Below, in pieces: positions 15,001 to 29,325 of a stretch of 64,000 nucleotides of DNA; position 1 is the stretch's first letter; every line of letters begins with the position of its first letter. The notes beneath the pieces were generated by a model. That model did no database searches and had not been told where the DNA came from. It worked only from the letters and a program-made list of their open reading frames with translations. The position numbers and the translations under genes are program-made. The stretch is from Eledone cirrhosa (lineage: Eukaryota), in NCBI GenBank assembly GCA_964016885.1, contig OZ024741.1, positions 392,212,001 to 392,276,000 on the forward strand, in the 5' to 3' direction.

Positions 15001-18000
15001 GGGAGGTAACATGATAGAAAGGATGATAGCAGAAGGTTGTACTTAACACTGAATAGTGTGTTGAAGGTGATGGTGGGAGGTAACATGATAGAAAGGATGA
15101 TAGCAGAAGGTTGTACTTAACACTGAATAGTGTGTTGAAGGTGATGGTGGGGGGGGTAACATGATAGAAAGGATGATAGCAGAAGGTTGTACTTAACACT
15201 GAATAGTGTGTTGAAGGTGATGGTGGGAGGTAACATGATAGAAAGGATGATAGCAGAAGGTGTACTTAACACTGAATAGTGTGTTGAAGGTGATGGTGGG
15301 GGGTAACATGATAGAAAGGATGATAGCAGAAGATTGTACTTAACACTGAATAGTGTGGTGATGGTGGGAGGTAACATGATAGAAAGGATGATAGCAGAAG
15401 GTTGTACTTAACACTGAATAGTGTGTTGAAGGTGATGGTGGGAGGTAACATGATAGAAAGGTTGATAGCAGAAGGTTGTACTTAACACTGAATAGTGTGT
15501 TGAAGGTGATGGTGGGGGGTAACATGATAGAAAGGTTGATAGCAGAAGGTTGTACTTAACACTGAATAGTGTGTTGAAGGTGATGGTGGGGGGTAACATG
15601 ATAGAAAGGATGATAGCAGAAGGTTGTACTTAACACTGAATAGTGTGTTGAAGGTGATGGTGGGGGGTAACATGATAGAAAGGATGATAGCAGAATGTTG
15701 TACTTAACACTGAATAGTGTGTTGAAGGTGATGGTGGGAGGTAACATGATAGAAAGGATGATAGCAGAAGGTTGTACTTAACACTGAATAGTGTGTTGAA
15801 GGTGATGGTGGGGGGTAACATGATAGAAAGGATGATAGCAGAAGGTTGTACTTAACACTGAATAGTGTGTTGAAGGTGATGGTGGGAGGTAACATGATAG
15901 AAAGGTTGATAGCAGAAGGTTGTACTTAACACTGAATAGTGTGTTGAAGGTGATGGTGGGGGGTAACATGATAGAAAGGATGATAGCAGAAGGTTGTACT
16001 TAACACTGAATAGTGTGTTGAAGGTGATAGTGGGAGGTAACATGATAGAAAGGATGATAGCAGAAGGTTGTACTTAACACTGAATAGTGTGCTGAAGGTG
16101 ATAGTGGGAGGTAACATGATAGAAAGGATGATAGCAGAAGGTTGTACTTAACACTGAATAGTGTGTTGAAGGTGATAGTGGGAGGTAACATGATAGAAAG
16201 GATGATAGCAGAAGGTTGTACTTAACACTGAATAGTGTGTTGAAGGTGATGGTGGGGGGTAACATGATAGAAAGGATGATAGCAGAAGGTTGTACTTAAC
16301 ACTGAATAGTGTGTTGAAGGTGATGATGGGGGGTAACATGATAGAATGGATGATAGCAGAAGGTTGTACTTAACACTGAATAGTGTGTTGAAGGTGATGG
16401 TGGGAGGTAACATGACAGAAAGGATGATAGCAGAAGGTTGTACTTAACACTGAATAGTGTGTTGAAGGTGATGGTGGGAGGTAACATGATAGAAAGGATG
16501 ATAGCAGAAGGTTGTACTTAACACTGAATAGTGTGTTGAAGGTGATGGTGGGGGGTAACATGATCAAAGGATGATAGCAGAAGGTTGTATTTAACACTGA
16601 ATAGTGTGTTGAAGGTGATGGTGGGGGGTAACATGATAGAAAGGATGATAGCAGAAGGTTGTACTTAACACTGAATAGTGTGTTGAAGGTGATGGTGGGG
16701 GGTAACATGATAGAAAGGATGATAGCAGAAGGTTGTACTTAACACTGAATAGTGTGTTGAAGGTGATAGTGGGAGGTAACATGATAGAAAGGATGATAGC
16801 AGAAGGTTGTACTTAACACTGAATAGTGTGTTGAAGGTGATGGTGGGGGGTAACATGATAGAAAGGATGATAGCAGAAGGTTGTACTTAACACTGAATAG
16901 TGTGTTGAAGGTGATGGTGGGGGGTAACATGATAGAAAGGATGATAGCAGAAGGTTGTACTTAACACTGAATAGTGTGTTGAAGGTGATGGTGGGGGGTA
17001 ACATGATCAAAGGATGATAGCAGAAGGTTGTACTTAACACTGAATAGTGTGTTGAAGGTGATGGTGGGGGTTAACATGATAGAAAGGATGATAGCAGAAG
17101 GTTGTACTTAACACTGAATAGTGTGTTGAAGGTGATGGTGGGGGGTAACATGATAGAAAGGATGATAGCAGAAGGTTGTACTTAACACTGAATAGTGTGT
17201 TGAAGGTGATGGTGGGGGGTAACATGATAGAAAGGATGATAGCAGAAGGTTGTACTTAACACTGAATAGTGTGTTGAAGGTGATGGTGGGGGGTAACATG
17301 ATAGAAAGGATGATAGCAGAAGGTTGTACTTAACACTGAATAGTGTGTTGAAGGTGATGGTGGGGGGTAACATGATAGAAAGGATGATAGCAGAAGGTTG
17401 TACTTAACACTGAATAGTGTGTTGAAGGTGATGGTGGGGGGTAACATGATAGAAAGGATGATAGCAGAAGGTGTACTTAACACTGAATAGTGTGTTGAAG
17501 GTGATGGTGGGGGGTAACATGATAGAAAGGATGATAGCAGAAGGTTGTACTTAACACTGAATAGTGTGTTGAAGGTGATGGTAGGGGGTAACATGATAGA
17601 AAGGATGATAGCAGAAGGTGTACTTAACACTGAATAGTGTGTTGAAGGTGATGGTGGGGGGTAACATGATAGAAAGGATGATAGCAGAAGGTTGTACTTA
17701 ACACTGAATAGTGTGTTAAAGGTGATGGTGGGAGGTAACATGATAGAAAGGATGATAGCAGAAGGTTGTACTTAACACTGAATAGTGTGTTGAAGGTGAT
17801 GGTGGGAGGTAACATGATAGAAAGGATGATAGCAGAAGGTTGTACTTAACACTGAATAGTGTGTTGAAGGTGATGGTGGGGGTGTAACATGATAGAAAGG
17901 ATGATAGCAGAAGGTTGTACTTAACACTGAATAGTGTGTTGAAGGTGATGGTGGGAGGTAACATGATAGAAAGGATGATAGCAGAAGGTGTACTTAACAC

Positions 18001-21000
18001 TGAATAGTGTGTTGAAGGTGATAGTGGGAGGTAACATGATAGAAAGGATGATAGCAGAAGGTTGTACTTAACACTGAATAGTGTGGTGATGGTGGGAGGT
18101 AACATGATAGAAAGGATGATAGCAGAAGGTTGTACTTAACACTGAATAGTGTGTTGAAGGTGATGGTGGGAGGTAACATGATAGAAAGGTTGATAGCAGA
18201 AGGTTGTACTTAACACTGAATAGTGTGTTGAAGGTGATGGTGGGGGGTAACATGATAGAAAGGTTGATAGCAGAAGGTTGTACTTAACACTGAATAGTGT
18301 GTTGAAGGTGATGGTGGGGGGTAACATGATAGAAAGGATGATAGCAGAAGGTTGTACTTAACACTGAATAGTGTGTTGAAGGTGATGGTGGGGGGTAACA
18401 TGATAGAAAGGATGATAGCAGAATGTTGTACTTAACACTGAATAGTGTGTTGAAGGTGATGGTGGGAGGTAACATGATAGAAAGGATGATAGCAGAAGGT
18501 TGTACTTAACACTGAATAGTGTGTTGAAGGTGATGGTGGGGGGTAACATGATAGAAAGGATGATAGCAGAAGGTTGTACTTAACACTGAATAGTGTGTTG
18601 AAGGTGATGGTGGGAGGTAACATGATAGAAAGGTTGATAGCAGAAGGTTGTACTTAACACTGAATAGTGTGTTGAAGGTGATGGTGGGGGGTAACATGAT
18701 AGAAAGGATGATAGCAGAAGGTTGTACTTAACACTGAATAGTGTGTTGAAGGTGATGGTGGGAGGTAACATGATAGAAAGGATGATAGCAGAAGGTTGTA
18801 CTTAACACTGAATAGTGTGTTGAAGGTGATGGTGGGGGGTAACATGATAGAAAGGATGATAGCAGAAGGTTGTACTTAACACTGAATAGTGTGTTGAAGG
18901 TGATGGTGGGGGGTAACATGATAGAAAGGATGATAGCAGAAGGTTGTACTTAACACTGAATAGTGTGTTGAAGGTGATGGTGGGAGGTAACATGACAGAA
19001 AGGATGATAGCAGAAGGTTGTACTTAACACTGAATAGTGTGTTGAAGGTGATGGTGGGAGGTAACATGATAGAAAGGATGATAGCAGAAGGTTGTACTTA
19101 ACACTGAATAGTGTGTTGAAGGTGATGGTGGGGGGTAACATGATCAAAGGATGATAGCAGAAGGTTGTACTTAACACTGAATAGTGTGTTGAAGGTGATG
19201 GTGGGGGGTAACATGATAGAAAGGATGATAGCAGAAGGTTGTACTTAACACTGAATAGTGTGTTGAAGTTGATGGTGGGGGGTAACATGATAGAAAGGAT
19301 GATAGCAGAAGGTTGTACTTAACACTGAATAGTGTGTTGAAGGTGATAGTGGGAGGTAACATGATAGAAAGGATGATAGCAGAAGGTTGTACTTAACACT
19401 GAATAGTGTGTTGAAGGTGATGGTGGGGGGTAACATGATAGAAAGGATGATAGCAGAACGTTGTACTTAACACTGAATAGTGTGTTGAAGGTGATGGTGG
19501 GGGGTAACATGATAGAAAGGATGATAGCAGAAGGTTGTACTTAACACTGAATAGTGTGTTGAAGGTGATGGTGGGGGGTAACATGATCAAAGGATGATAG
19601 CAGAAGGTTGTACTTAACACTGAATAGTGTGTTGAAGGTGATGGTGGGGGTTAACATGATAGAAAGGATGATAGCAGAAGGTTGTACTTAACACTGAATA
19701 GTGTGTTGAAGGTGATGGTGGGGGGTAACATGATAGAAAGGATGATAGCAGAAGGTTGTACTTAACACTGAATAGTGTGTTGAAGGTGATGGTGGGGGGT
19801 AACATGATAGAAAGGATGATAGCAGAAGGTTGTACTTAACACTGAATAGTGTGTTGAAGGTGATGGTGGGAGGTAACATGATAGAAAGGGTGATAGCAGA
19901 AGGTTGTACTTAACACTGAATAGTGTGTTGAAGGTGATGGTGGGGGGTAACATGATAGAAAGGATGATAGCAGAAGGTTGTACTTAACACTGAATAGTGT
20001 GTTGAAGGTGATGGTGGGGGGTAACATGATAGAAAGGATGATAGCAGAACGTTGTACTTAACACTGAATAGTGTGTTGAAGGTGATGGTGGGGGGTAACA
20101 TGATAGAAAGGATGATAGCAGAAGGTTGTACATAACACTGGATAGTGTGTTGAAGGTGATGGTGGGGGGTAACATGATAGAAAGGATGATAGCAGAAGGT
20201 TGTACTTAACACTGAATAGTGTGTTGAAGGTGATAGTGGGAGGTAACATGATAGAAAGGATGATAGCAGCAGGTTGTACTTAACACTGAATAGTGTGTTG
20301 AAGGTGATAGTGGGAGGTAACATGATAGAAAGGATGATAGCAGAAGGTTGTACTTAACACTGGATAGTGTGTTGAAGGTGATGGTGGGGGGTAACATGAT
20401 AGAAAGGATGATAGCAGAAGGTTGTACTTAACACTGAATAGTGTGTTGAAGGTGATAGTGGGAGGTAACATGATAGAAAGGATGATAGCAGAAGGTTGTA
20501 CTTAACACTGAATAGTGTGCTGAAGGTGATAGTGGGAGGTAACATGATAGAAAGGATGATAGCAGAAGGTTGTACTTAACACTGAATAGTGTGTTGAAGG
20601 TGATAGTGGGAGGTAACATGATAGAAAGGATGATAGCAGAAGGTTGTACTTAACACTGAATAGTGTGGTGAAGGTGATGGTGGGAGGTAACATGATAGAA
20701 AGGATGATAGCAGAAGGTTGTACTTAACACTGAATAGTGTGTTGAAGGTGATGGTGGGAGGTAACATGATAGAAAGGATGATAGCAGAAGGTTGTACTTA
20801 ACACTGAATAGTGTGTTGAAGGTGATGGTGGGAGGTAACATGATAGAAAGGATGATAGCAGAAGGCTGTACTTAACACTGAATAGTGTGTTGAAGCTGAT
20901 GGTGGGGGGTAACATGATAGAAAGGATGATAGCAGAAGGTTGTACTTAACACTGAATAGTGTGTTAAAGGTGATGGTGGGGGGTAACATGATAGAAAGGA

Positions 21001-24000
21001 TGATAGCAGAAGGTTGTACTTAACACTGAATAGTGTGTTGAAGGTGATGGTGGGAGGTAACATGATAGAAAGGATGATAGCAGAAGGTTGTACTTAACAC
21101 TGAATAGTGTGTTGAAGCTGATGGTGGGGGGTAACATGATAGAAAGGATGATAGCAGAAGGTTGTACTTAACACTGAATAGTGTGTTAAAGGTGATGGTG
21201 GGGGGTAACATGATAGAAAGGATGATAGCAGAAGGTTGTACTTAACACTGAATAGTGTGTTGAAGGTGATGGTGGGGGGGGGGGGGTAACATGATAGAAA
21301 GGATGATAGCAGAAGGTTGTACTAAACACTGAATAGTGTGTTGAAGGTGATGGTGGGGGGTAACATGATAGAAAGGATGATAGCAGAAGGTTGTACTTAA
21401 CACTGAATAGTGTGTTGAAGCTGATGGTGGGGGGTAACATGATAGAAAGGATGATAGCAGAAGGTTGCACTTAACACTGAATAGTGTGTTGAAGGTGATA
21501 GTGGGAGGTAACATGATAGAAAGGGTGATAGCAGAAGGTTGTACTTAACACTGAATAGTGTGTTGAAGGTGATGGTGGGAGGTAACATGATAGAAAGGGT
21601 GATAGCAGAAGGTTGTACTTAACACTGAATAGTGTGTTGAAGGTGATGGTGGGAGGTAACATGATAGAAAGGATGATAGCAGAAGGTTGTACTTAACACT
21701 GAATAGTGTGTTGAAGCTGATGGTGGGAGGTAACATGATAGAAAGGATGATAGCAGAAGGTTGTACTTAACACTGAATAGTGTGTTGAAGGTGATGGTGG
21801 GGGGTAACATGATAGAAAGGATGATAGCAGAAGGTTGTACTTAACACTGAATAGTGTGTTGAAGCTGATGGTGGGAGGTAACATGATAGAAAGGATGATA
21901 GCAGAAGGTTGTACTTAACACTGAATAGTGTGTTGAAGGTGATGGTGGGGGGTAACATGATAGAAAGGATGATAGCAGAAGGTTGTACTTAACACTGAAT
22001 AGTGTGTTAAAGGTGATGGTGGGGGGTAACATGATAGAAAGGATGATAGCAGAAGGTTGTACTTAACACTGAATAGTGTGTTGAAGGTGATGGTGGGGGG
22101 TAACATGATAGAAAGGATGATAGCAGAAGGTTGTACTAAACACTGAATAGTGTGTTGAAGGTGATGGTGGGGGGTAACATGATAGAAAGGATGATAGCAG
22201 AAGGTTGTACTTAACACTGAATAGTGTGTTGAAGCTGATGGTGGGGGGTAACATGATAGAAAGGATGATAGCAGAAGGTTGCACTTAACACTGAATAGTG
22301 TGTTGAAGGTGATAGTGGGAGGTAACATGATGGAAAGGGTGATAGCAGAAGGTTGTACTTAACACTGAATAGTGTGTTGAAGGTGATGGTGGGAGGTAAC
22401 ATGATAGAAAGGGTGATAGCAGAAGGTTGTACTTAACACTGAATAGTGTGTTGAAGGTGATGGTGGGCGGTAACATGATAGAAAGGATGATAGCAGAAGG
22501 TTGTACTTAACACTGAATAGTGTGTTGAAGCTGATGGTGGGAGGTAACATGATAGAAAGGATGATAGCAGAAGGTTGTACTTAACACTGAATAGTGTGTT
22601 GAAGGTGATGGTGGGGGGTAACATGATAGAAAGGATGATAGCAGAAGGTTGTACTTAACACTGAATAGTGTGTTGAAGCTGATGGTGGGAGGTAACATGA
22701 TAGAAAGGATGATAGCAGAAGGTTGTACTTAACACTGAATAGTGTGTTGAAGGTGATGGTGGGGGGTAACATGATAGAAAGGATGATAGCAGAAGGTTGT
22801 ACTTAACACTGAATAGTGTGTTGAAGGTGATGGTGGGAGGTAACATGATAGAAAGGATGATAGCAGAAGGTTGTACTTAACACTGAATAGTGTGTTGAAG
22901 GTGATGGTGGGGGGTAACATGATAGAAAGGATGATAGCAGAAGGTTGTACTTAACACTGAATAGTGTGTTGAAGGTGATGGTGGGAGGTAACATGATAGA
23001 AAGGGTGATAGCAGAAGGTTGTACTTAACACTGAATAGTGTGTTGAAGGTGATGGTGGGAGGTAACATGATAGAAAGGATGATAGCAGAAGGTTGTACTT
23101 AACACTGAATAGTGTGTTGAAGGTGATAGTGGGAGGTAACATGATAGAAAGGATGATAGCAGAAGGTTGTACTTAACACTGAATAGTGTGTTGAAGCTGA
23201 TGGTGGGGAGTAACATGATAGAAAGGATGATAGCAGAAGGTTGTACTTAACACTGAATAGTGTGTTGAAGGTGATGGTGGGGGGTAACATGATAGAAAGG
23301 ATGATAGCAGAAGGTTGTACTTAACACTGAATAGTGTGTTGAAGGTGATGGTGGGAGGTAACATGATAGCAGAAGGTTGTACTTAACACTGAATAGTGTG
23401 TTGAAGGTGATGGTGGGGGGTAACATGATAGAAAGGATGATAGCAGAAGGTTGTACTTAACACTGAATAGTGTGTTGAAGGTGATGGTGGGGGGTAACAT
23501 GATAGAAAGGATGATAGCAGAAGGTTGTACTTAACACTGAATAGTGTGTTGAAGCTGATGGTGGGAGGTAACATGATAGAAAGGATGATAGCAGAAGGTT
23601 GTACTTAACACTGAATAGTGTGTTGAAGGTGATGGTGGGGGGTAACATGATAGAAAGGATGATAGCAGAAGGTTGTACTTAACACTGAATAGTGTGTTGA
23701 AGGTGATGGTGGGAGGTAACATGATAGAAAGGATGATAGCAGAAGGTTGTACTTAACACTGAATAGTGTGTTGAAGGTGATGGTGGGGGGTAACATGATA
23801 GAAAGGATGATAGCAGAAGGTTGTACTTAACACTGAATAGTGTGTTGAAGGTGATGGTGGGAGGTAACATGATAGAAAGGATGATAGCAGAAGGTTGTAC
23901 TTAACACTGAATAGTGTGTTGAAGGTGATGGTGGGGGGTAACATGATAGAAAGGATGATAGCAGAAGGTTGTACTTAACACTGAATAGTGTGTTGAAGGT

Positions 24001-27000
24001 GATGGTGGGAGGTAACATGATAGAAAGGATGATAGCAGAAGGTTGTACTTAACACTGAATAGTGTGTTGAAGGTGATGGTGGGGGGTAACATGATAGAAA
24101 GGATGATAGCAGAAGGTTGTACTTAACACTGAATAGTGTGTTGAAGGTGATGGTGGGAGGTAACATGACAGAAAGGATGATAGCAGAAGGTTGTACTTAA
24201 CACTAAATAGTGTGTTGAAGGTGATGGTGGGGGGTAACATGATAGAAAGGATGATAGCAGAAGGTTGTACTTAACACTGGATAGTGTGTTGAATGTGATG
24301 GTGGGGTGTAACATGATAGAAAGGATGATAGCAGAAGGTTGTACTTAACACTGAATAGTGTGTTGAAGGTGATGGTGGGGGGTAACATGATAGAAAGGAT
24401 GATAGCAGAAGGTTGTACTTAACACTGAATAGTGTGTTGAAGGTGACGGTGGGGGGTAACATGATAGAAAGGATGATAGCAGAAGGTTGTACTTAACACT
24501 GAATAGTGTGTTGAAGGTGATGGTGGGGGGTAACATGATAGAAAGGATGATAGCAGAAGGTGTACTTAACACTGAATAGTGTGTTGAAGGTGATGGTGGG
24601 GGGTAACATGATAGAAAGGATGATAGCAGAAGGTTGTACTTAACACTGAATAGTGTGTTAAAGGTGATGGTGGGGGGGGTAACATGATAGAAAGGATGAT
24701 AGCAGAAGGTTGTACTTAACACTGAATAGTGTGTTGAAGGTGATGGTGGGGGGTAACATGATAGAAAGGATGATAGCAGAAGGTTGTACTTAACACTGAA
24801 TAGTGTGTTGAAGGTGATGGTGGGAGGTAACATGATAGAAAGGATGATAGCAGAAGGTTGTACTTAACACTGAATAGTGTGTTGAAGGTGATGGTGGGGG
24901 GTAACATGATAGAAAGGATGATAGCAGAAGGTTGTACTTAACACTGAATAGTGTGTTGAAGGTGATGGTGGGAGGTAACATGATAGAAAGGATGATAGCA
25001 GAAGGTTGTACTTAACACTGAATAGTGTGTTGAAGGTGATGGTGGGGGGTAACATGATAGAAAGGATGATAGCAGAAGGTTGTACTTAACACTGAATAGT
25101 GTGTTGAAGGTGATGGTGGGAGGTAACATGATAGAAAGGATGATAGCAGAAGGTTGTACTTAACACTGAATAGTGTGTTGAAGGTGATGGTGGGGGGTAA
25201 CATGATAGAAAGGATGATAGCAGAAGGTTGTACTTAACACTGAATAGTGTGTTGAAGGTGATGGTGGGAGGTAACATGACAGAAAGGATGATAGCAGAAG
25301 GTTGTACTTAACACTAAATAGTGTGTTGAAGGTGATGGTGGGGGGTAACATGATAGAAAGGATGATAGCAGAAGGTTGTACTTAACACTGGATAGTGTGT
25401 TGAATGTGATGGTGGGGTGTAACATGATAGAAAGGATGATAGCAGAAGGTTGTACTTAACACTGAATAGTGTGTTGAAGGTGATGGTGGGGGGTAACATG
25501 ATAGAAAGGATGATAGCAGAAGGTTGTACTTAACACTGAATAGTGTGTTGAAGGTGACGGTGGGGGGTAACATGATAGAAAGGATGATAGCAGAAGGTTG
25601 TACTTAACACTGAATAGTGTGTTGAAGGTGATGGTGGGGGGTAACATGATAGAAAGGATGATAGCAGAAGGTGTACTTAACACTGAATAGTGTGTTGAAG
25701 GTGATGGTGGGGGGTAACATGATAGAAAGGATGATAGCAGAAGGTTGTACTTAACACTGAATAGTGTGTTAAAGGTGATGGTGGGGGGGGGGGGGTAACA
25801 TGATAGAAAGGATGATAGCAGAAGGTTGTACTTAACACTGAATAGTGTGTTGAAGGTGATAGTGGGAGGTAACATGATAGAAAGGATGATAGCAGAAGGT
25901 TGTACTTAACACTGAATAGTGTGTTGAAGGTGATGGTGGGGGGTAACATGATAGAAAGGATGATAGCAGAAGGTTGTACTTAACACTGAATAGTGTGTTG
26001 AAGGTGATGGTGGGAGGTAACATGATAGAAAGGATGATAGCAGAAGGTTGTACTTAACACTGAATAGTGTGTTGAAGGTGATGGTGGGGGGTAACATGAT
26101 AGAAAGGATGATAGCAGAAGGTTGTACTTAACACTGAATAGTGTGTTGAAGGTGATGGTGGGAGGTAACATGATAGAAAGGATGATAGCAGAAGGTTGTA
26201 CTTAACACTGAATAGTGTGTTGAAGGTGATGGTGGGGGGTGACATGATAGAAAGGATGATAGCAGAAGGTTGTACTTAACACTGAATAGTGTGTTGAAGG
26301 TGATGGTGGGAGGTAACATGACAGAAAGGATGATAGCAGAAGGTTGTACTTAACACTGAATAGTGTGTTGAAGGTGATGGTGGGGGGTAACATGATAGAA
26401 AGGATGATAGCAGAAGGTTGTACTTAACACTGGATAGTGTGTTGAATGTGATGGTGGGGTGTAACATGATAGAAAGGATGATAGCAGAAGGTTGTACTTA
26501 ACACTGAATAGTGTGTTGAAGGTGATGGTGGGGGGTAACATGATAGAAAGGATGATAGCAGAAGGTTGTACTTAACACTGAATAGTGTGTTGAAGGTGAT
26601 GGTGGGGGGTAACATGATAGAAAGGATGATAGCAGAAGGTGTACTTAACACTGAATAGTGTGTTGAAGGTGATGGTGGGGGGTAACATGATAGAAAGGAT
26701 GATAGCAGAAGGTTGTACTTAACACTGAATAGTGTGTTAAAGGTGATGGTGGGGGGTAACATGATAGAAAGGATGATAGCAGAAGGTTGTACTTAACACT
26801 GAATAGTGTGTTGAAGGTGATAGTGGGAGGTAACATGATAGAAAGGATGATAGCAGAAGGTTGTACTTAACACTGAATAGTGTGTTGAAGGTGATGGTGG
26901 GGGGTAACATGATAGAAAGGATGATAGCAGAAGGTTGTACTTAACACTGAATAGTGTGTTGAAGGTGATGGTGGGAGGTAACATGATAGAAAGGATGATA

Positions 27001-27891
27001 GCAGAAGGTTGTACTTAACACTGAATAGTGTGTTGAAGGTCATGGTGGGAGGTAACATGATAGAAAGGATGATAGCAGAAGGTTGTACTTAACACTGAAT
27101 AGTGTGTTGAAGCTGATGGTGGGAGGTAACATGATAGAAAGGATGATAGCAGAAGGTTGTACTTAACACTGGATAGTGTGTTGAAGGTGATGGTGGGGTG
27201 TAACATGATAGAAAGGATGATAGCAGAAGGTTGTACTTAACACTGAATAGTGTGTTGAAGGTGATGGTGGGAGGTAACATGATAGAAAGGATGATAGCAG
27301 AAGGTTGTACTTAACACTGAATAGTGTGTTGAAGCTGATGGTGGGAGGTAACATGATAGAAAGGATGATAGCAGAAGGTTGTACTTAACACTGGATAGTG
27401 TGTTGAAGGTGATGGTGGGGGGTAACATGATAGAAAGGATGATAGCAGAAGGTTGTACTTAACACTGGATAGTGTGTTGAAGGTGATGGTGGGGGGTAAC
27501 ATGATAGAAAGGATGATAGCAGAAGGTGTACTTAACACTGAATAGTGTGTTGAAGGTGATGGTGGGGGGTAACATGATAGAAAGGATGATAGCAGAAGGT
27601 TGTACTTAACACTGAATAGTGTGTTGAAGGTGATGGTGGGAGGTAACATGATAGAAAGGTTGATAGCAGAAGGTTGTACTTAACACTGAATAGTGTGTTG
27701 AAGGTGATGGTGGGGGGTAACATGATAGAAAGGATGATAGCAGAAGGTTGTACTTAACACTGAATAGTGTGTTGAAGGTGATGGTGGGGGGTAACATGAT
27801 AGAAAGGATGATAGCAGAAGGTTGTACTTAACACTGAATAGTGTGTTGAAGGTGATAGTGGGAGGTAACATGATAGAAAGGATGATAGCAG
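1..27891. repeat. 74-bp tandem satellite array, ~377 monomers, truncated by window start; consensus GTACTTAACACTGAATAGTGTGTTGAAGGTGATGGTGGG(G/A)GGTAACATGATAGAAAGGATGATAGCAGAAGGTT
   Basis: Direct reading: head-to-tail near-identical units with no spacers or insertions. ORF track recurs every 74 bp. Abrupt end at ...GATGATAGCAG (27891). Confidence 0.99.
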
Positions 27892-27950
27892 TACAAGAAT
27901 AATGGAAAGGACCTCCGTTGGTTTTGATGAGTGTTTCAATTGTTTTATCA

Positions 27951-28231
27951 ACGGAACTGCCTGCTTATGAAATTAACATGTAAGTGGCTTAGCATTTTAC
28001 AGACATGTGTACCTTAATGTAATTCTCAGGGAGATTCAGTGTGATAAGGCTGGCTCTTTGAATTCTGGGTACAATCCATCTGACAGGCTTCCAGTTTCTG
28101 TCTTCCTAATTTCATTCAGAAGGCATGGATCGATTCAGGGCTTAAGTAAATGACACTTGTTCAAGATGCCATGCAATGGGATTGAACCCAGCACGTAATG
28201 GTTGTAAAATGAACTCTTTAACCAATGCTGC
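27951..28231 (-). mobile_element. Decayed tRNA-derived SINE abutting the satellite
   Basis: B-box-like GGGTTCAATCCC on minus strand (28178-28189). Body similar to a second copy at ~60940-61172. Confidence 0.55.
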
Positions 28232-29325
28232 ATCTACTGGGGAAGATAATTGTAGAAAATTGAAGGTCATCAGATAATTAAAAGGAAGAAAGTAAGAAAA
28301 ATACAACAAAATATATGAAGGAATAGTTTGCAGACATGATAGACTAATATGATTTCAAATCAGAACTGAGGAGGCTTATATGTTTGCTTGTGTCATGAGG
28401 CTAGATGAAATTATATATTTTAATCAAGCTCCAATTAGTAAAAAAATTAAGCTTTTCTTTGCCATATTTCTAATGAAAACACTACCTGTGATTTTCAAAT
28501 AATTTTGAAAATAATCCGGAATTTTGTTGCATTTTGTAATATAACTAGCTTTCTCATTATTAAGCTGGTGTTTGGAACATAACTTAAAGGTTTTTACATA
28601 AAATTTTGATGGAAGATTTGTAAGTATAAAATTAAAAATAAAGAAATTTTGTATCATAGAGCCAGGGACTGTTTCAGGTGTGTTGGTATAAAAAGGGTTT
28701 AGGAGTTAATGCAGAGGCTCTCAAACTGATAAATACCAGCCCCTTCCCCAATAGTAGTAACATTTTTCCTCTCTCCCCATTTACTTAGAAGATAGAATAA
28801 AGTATGCATCAATATAATTATTTTCTTTGTCAGTGTGTGAGAAAAGTTAAATCTCCTTACTCAAACAGCATTAACAATACATTCTTGAAAAGTACAAAGC
28901 AGCACTATGACTGCATCACATTAAAATTAAAGATTATTTCTTATACTGCAGATTTTTGCATCAATCTGTCTACTAGTAAATATACTATAAACAGTTGAAT
29001 TAACAAACTCATTTTAATATATTTTCTGATAAAGTGAAATGGTGCACAGAAAGAAAACTTCTAATAATGTTAGCTAATTGATTCTGGGACAAATGCTTGT
29101 CATGGCAAATTGTATATCAGCATCCACCTATAGGCGACTGCTGCTTGGCTATAAAAAAATGTCTTAACTATATTTAACATGGCAATTTGTTTGCCTCCTT
29201 CTCAGTCATAGTCCTCTTCTATGACCAGTATGCAATGGTCAAAATTTGAAGGTCATATGACAGGATAACATGAAGAGAAGTAATAGAAATAAAATGTCTA
29301 TTATAATGTCACCACCCCTCTCTAT

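Noticed and set aside
1-27891. CRISPR array
   Set aside because: No unique spacers, no cas genes, and a eukaryotic context.
340-27951. Hundreds of 61-162 aa minus-strand ORFs (MLPPTITFNTLFSVKY...)
   Set aside because: Artefact of a 74-bp period: frames rotate, with one TAA per 222 bp. Frequent 1-bp indels are tolerated and there is no sign of coding constraint.
28831-28850. V-C-E-K stretch as the missing DHDH CEKP exon
   Set aside because: Followed immediately by S and a stop, with no further similarity.
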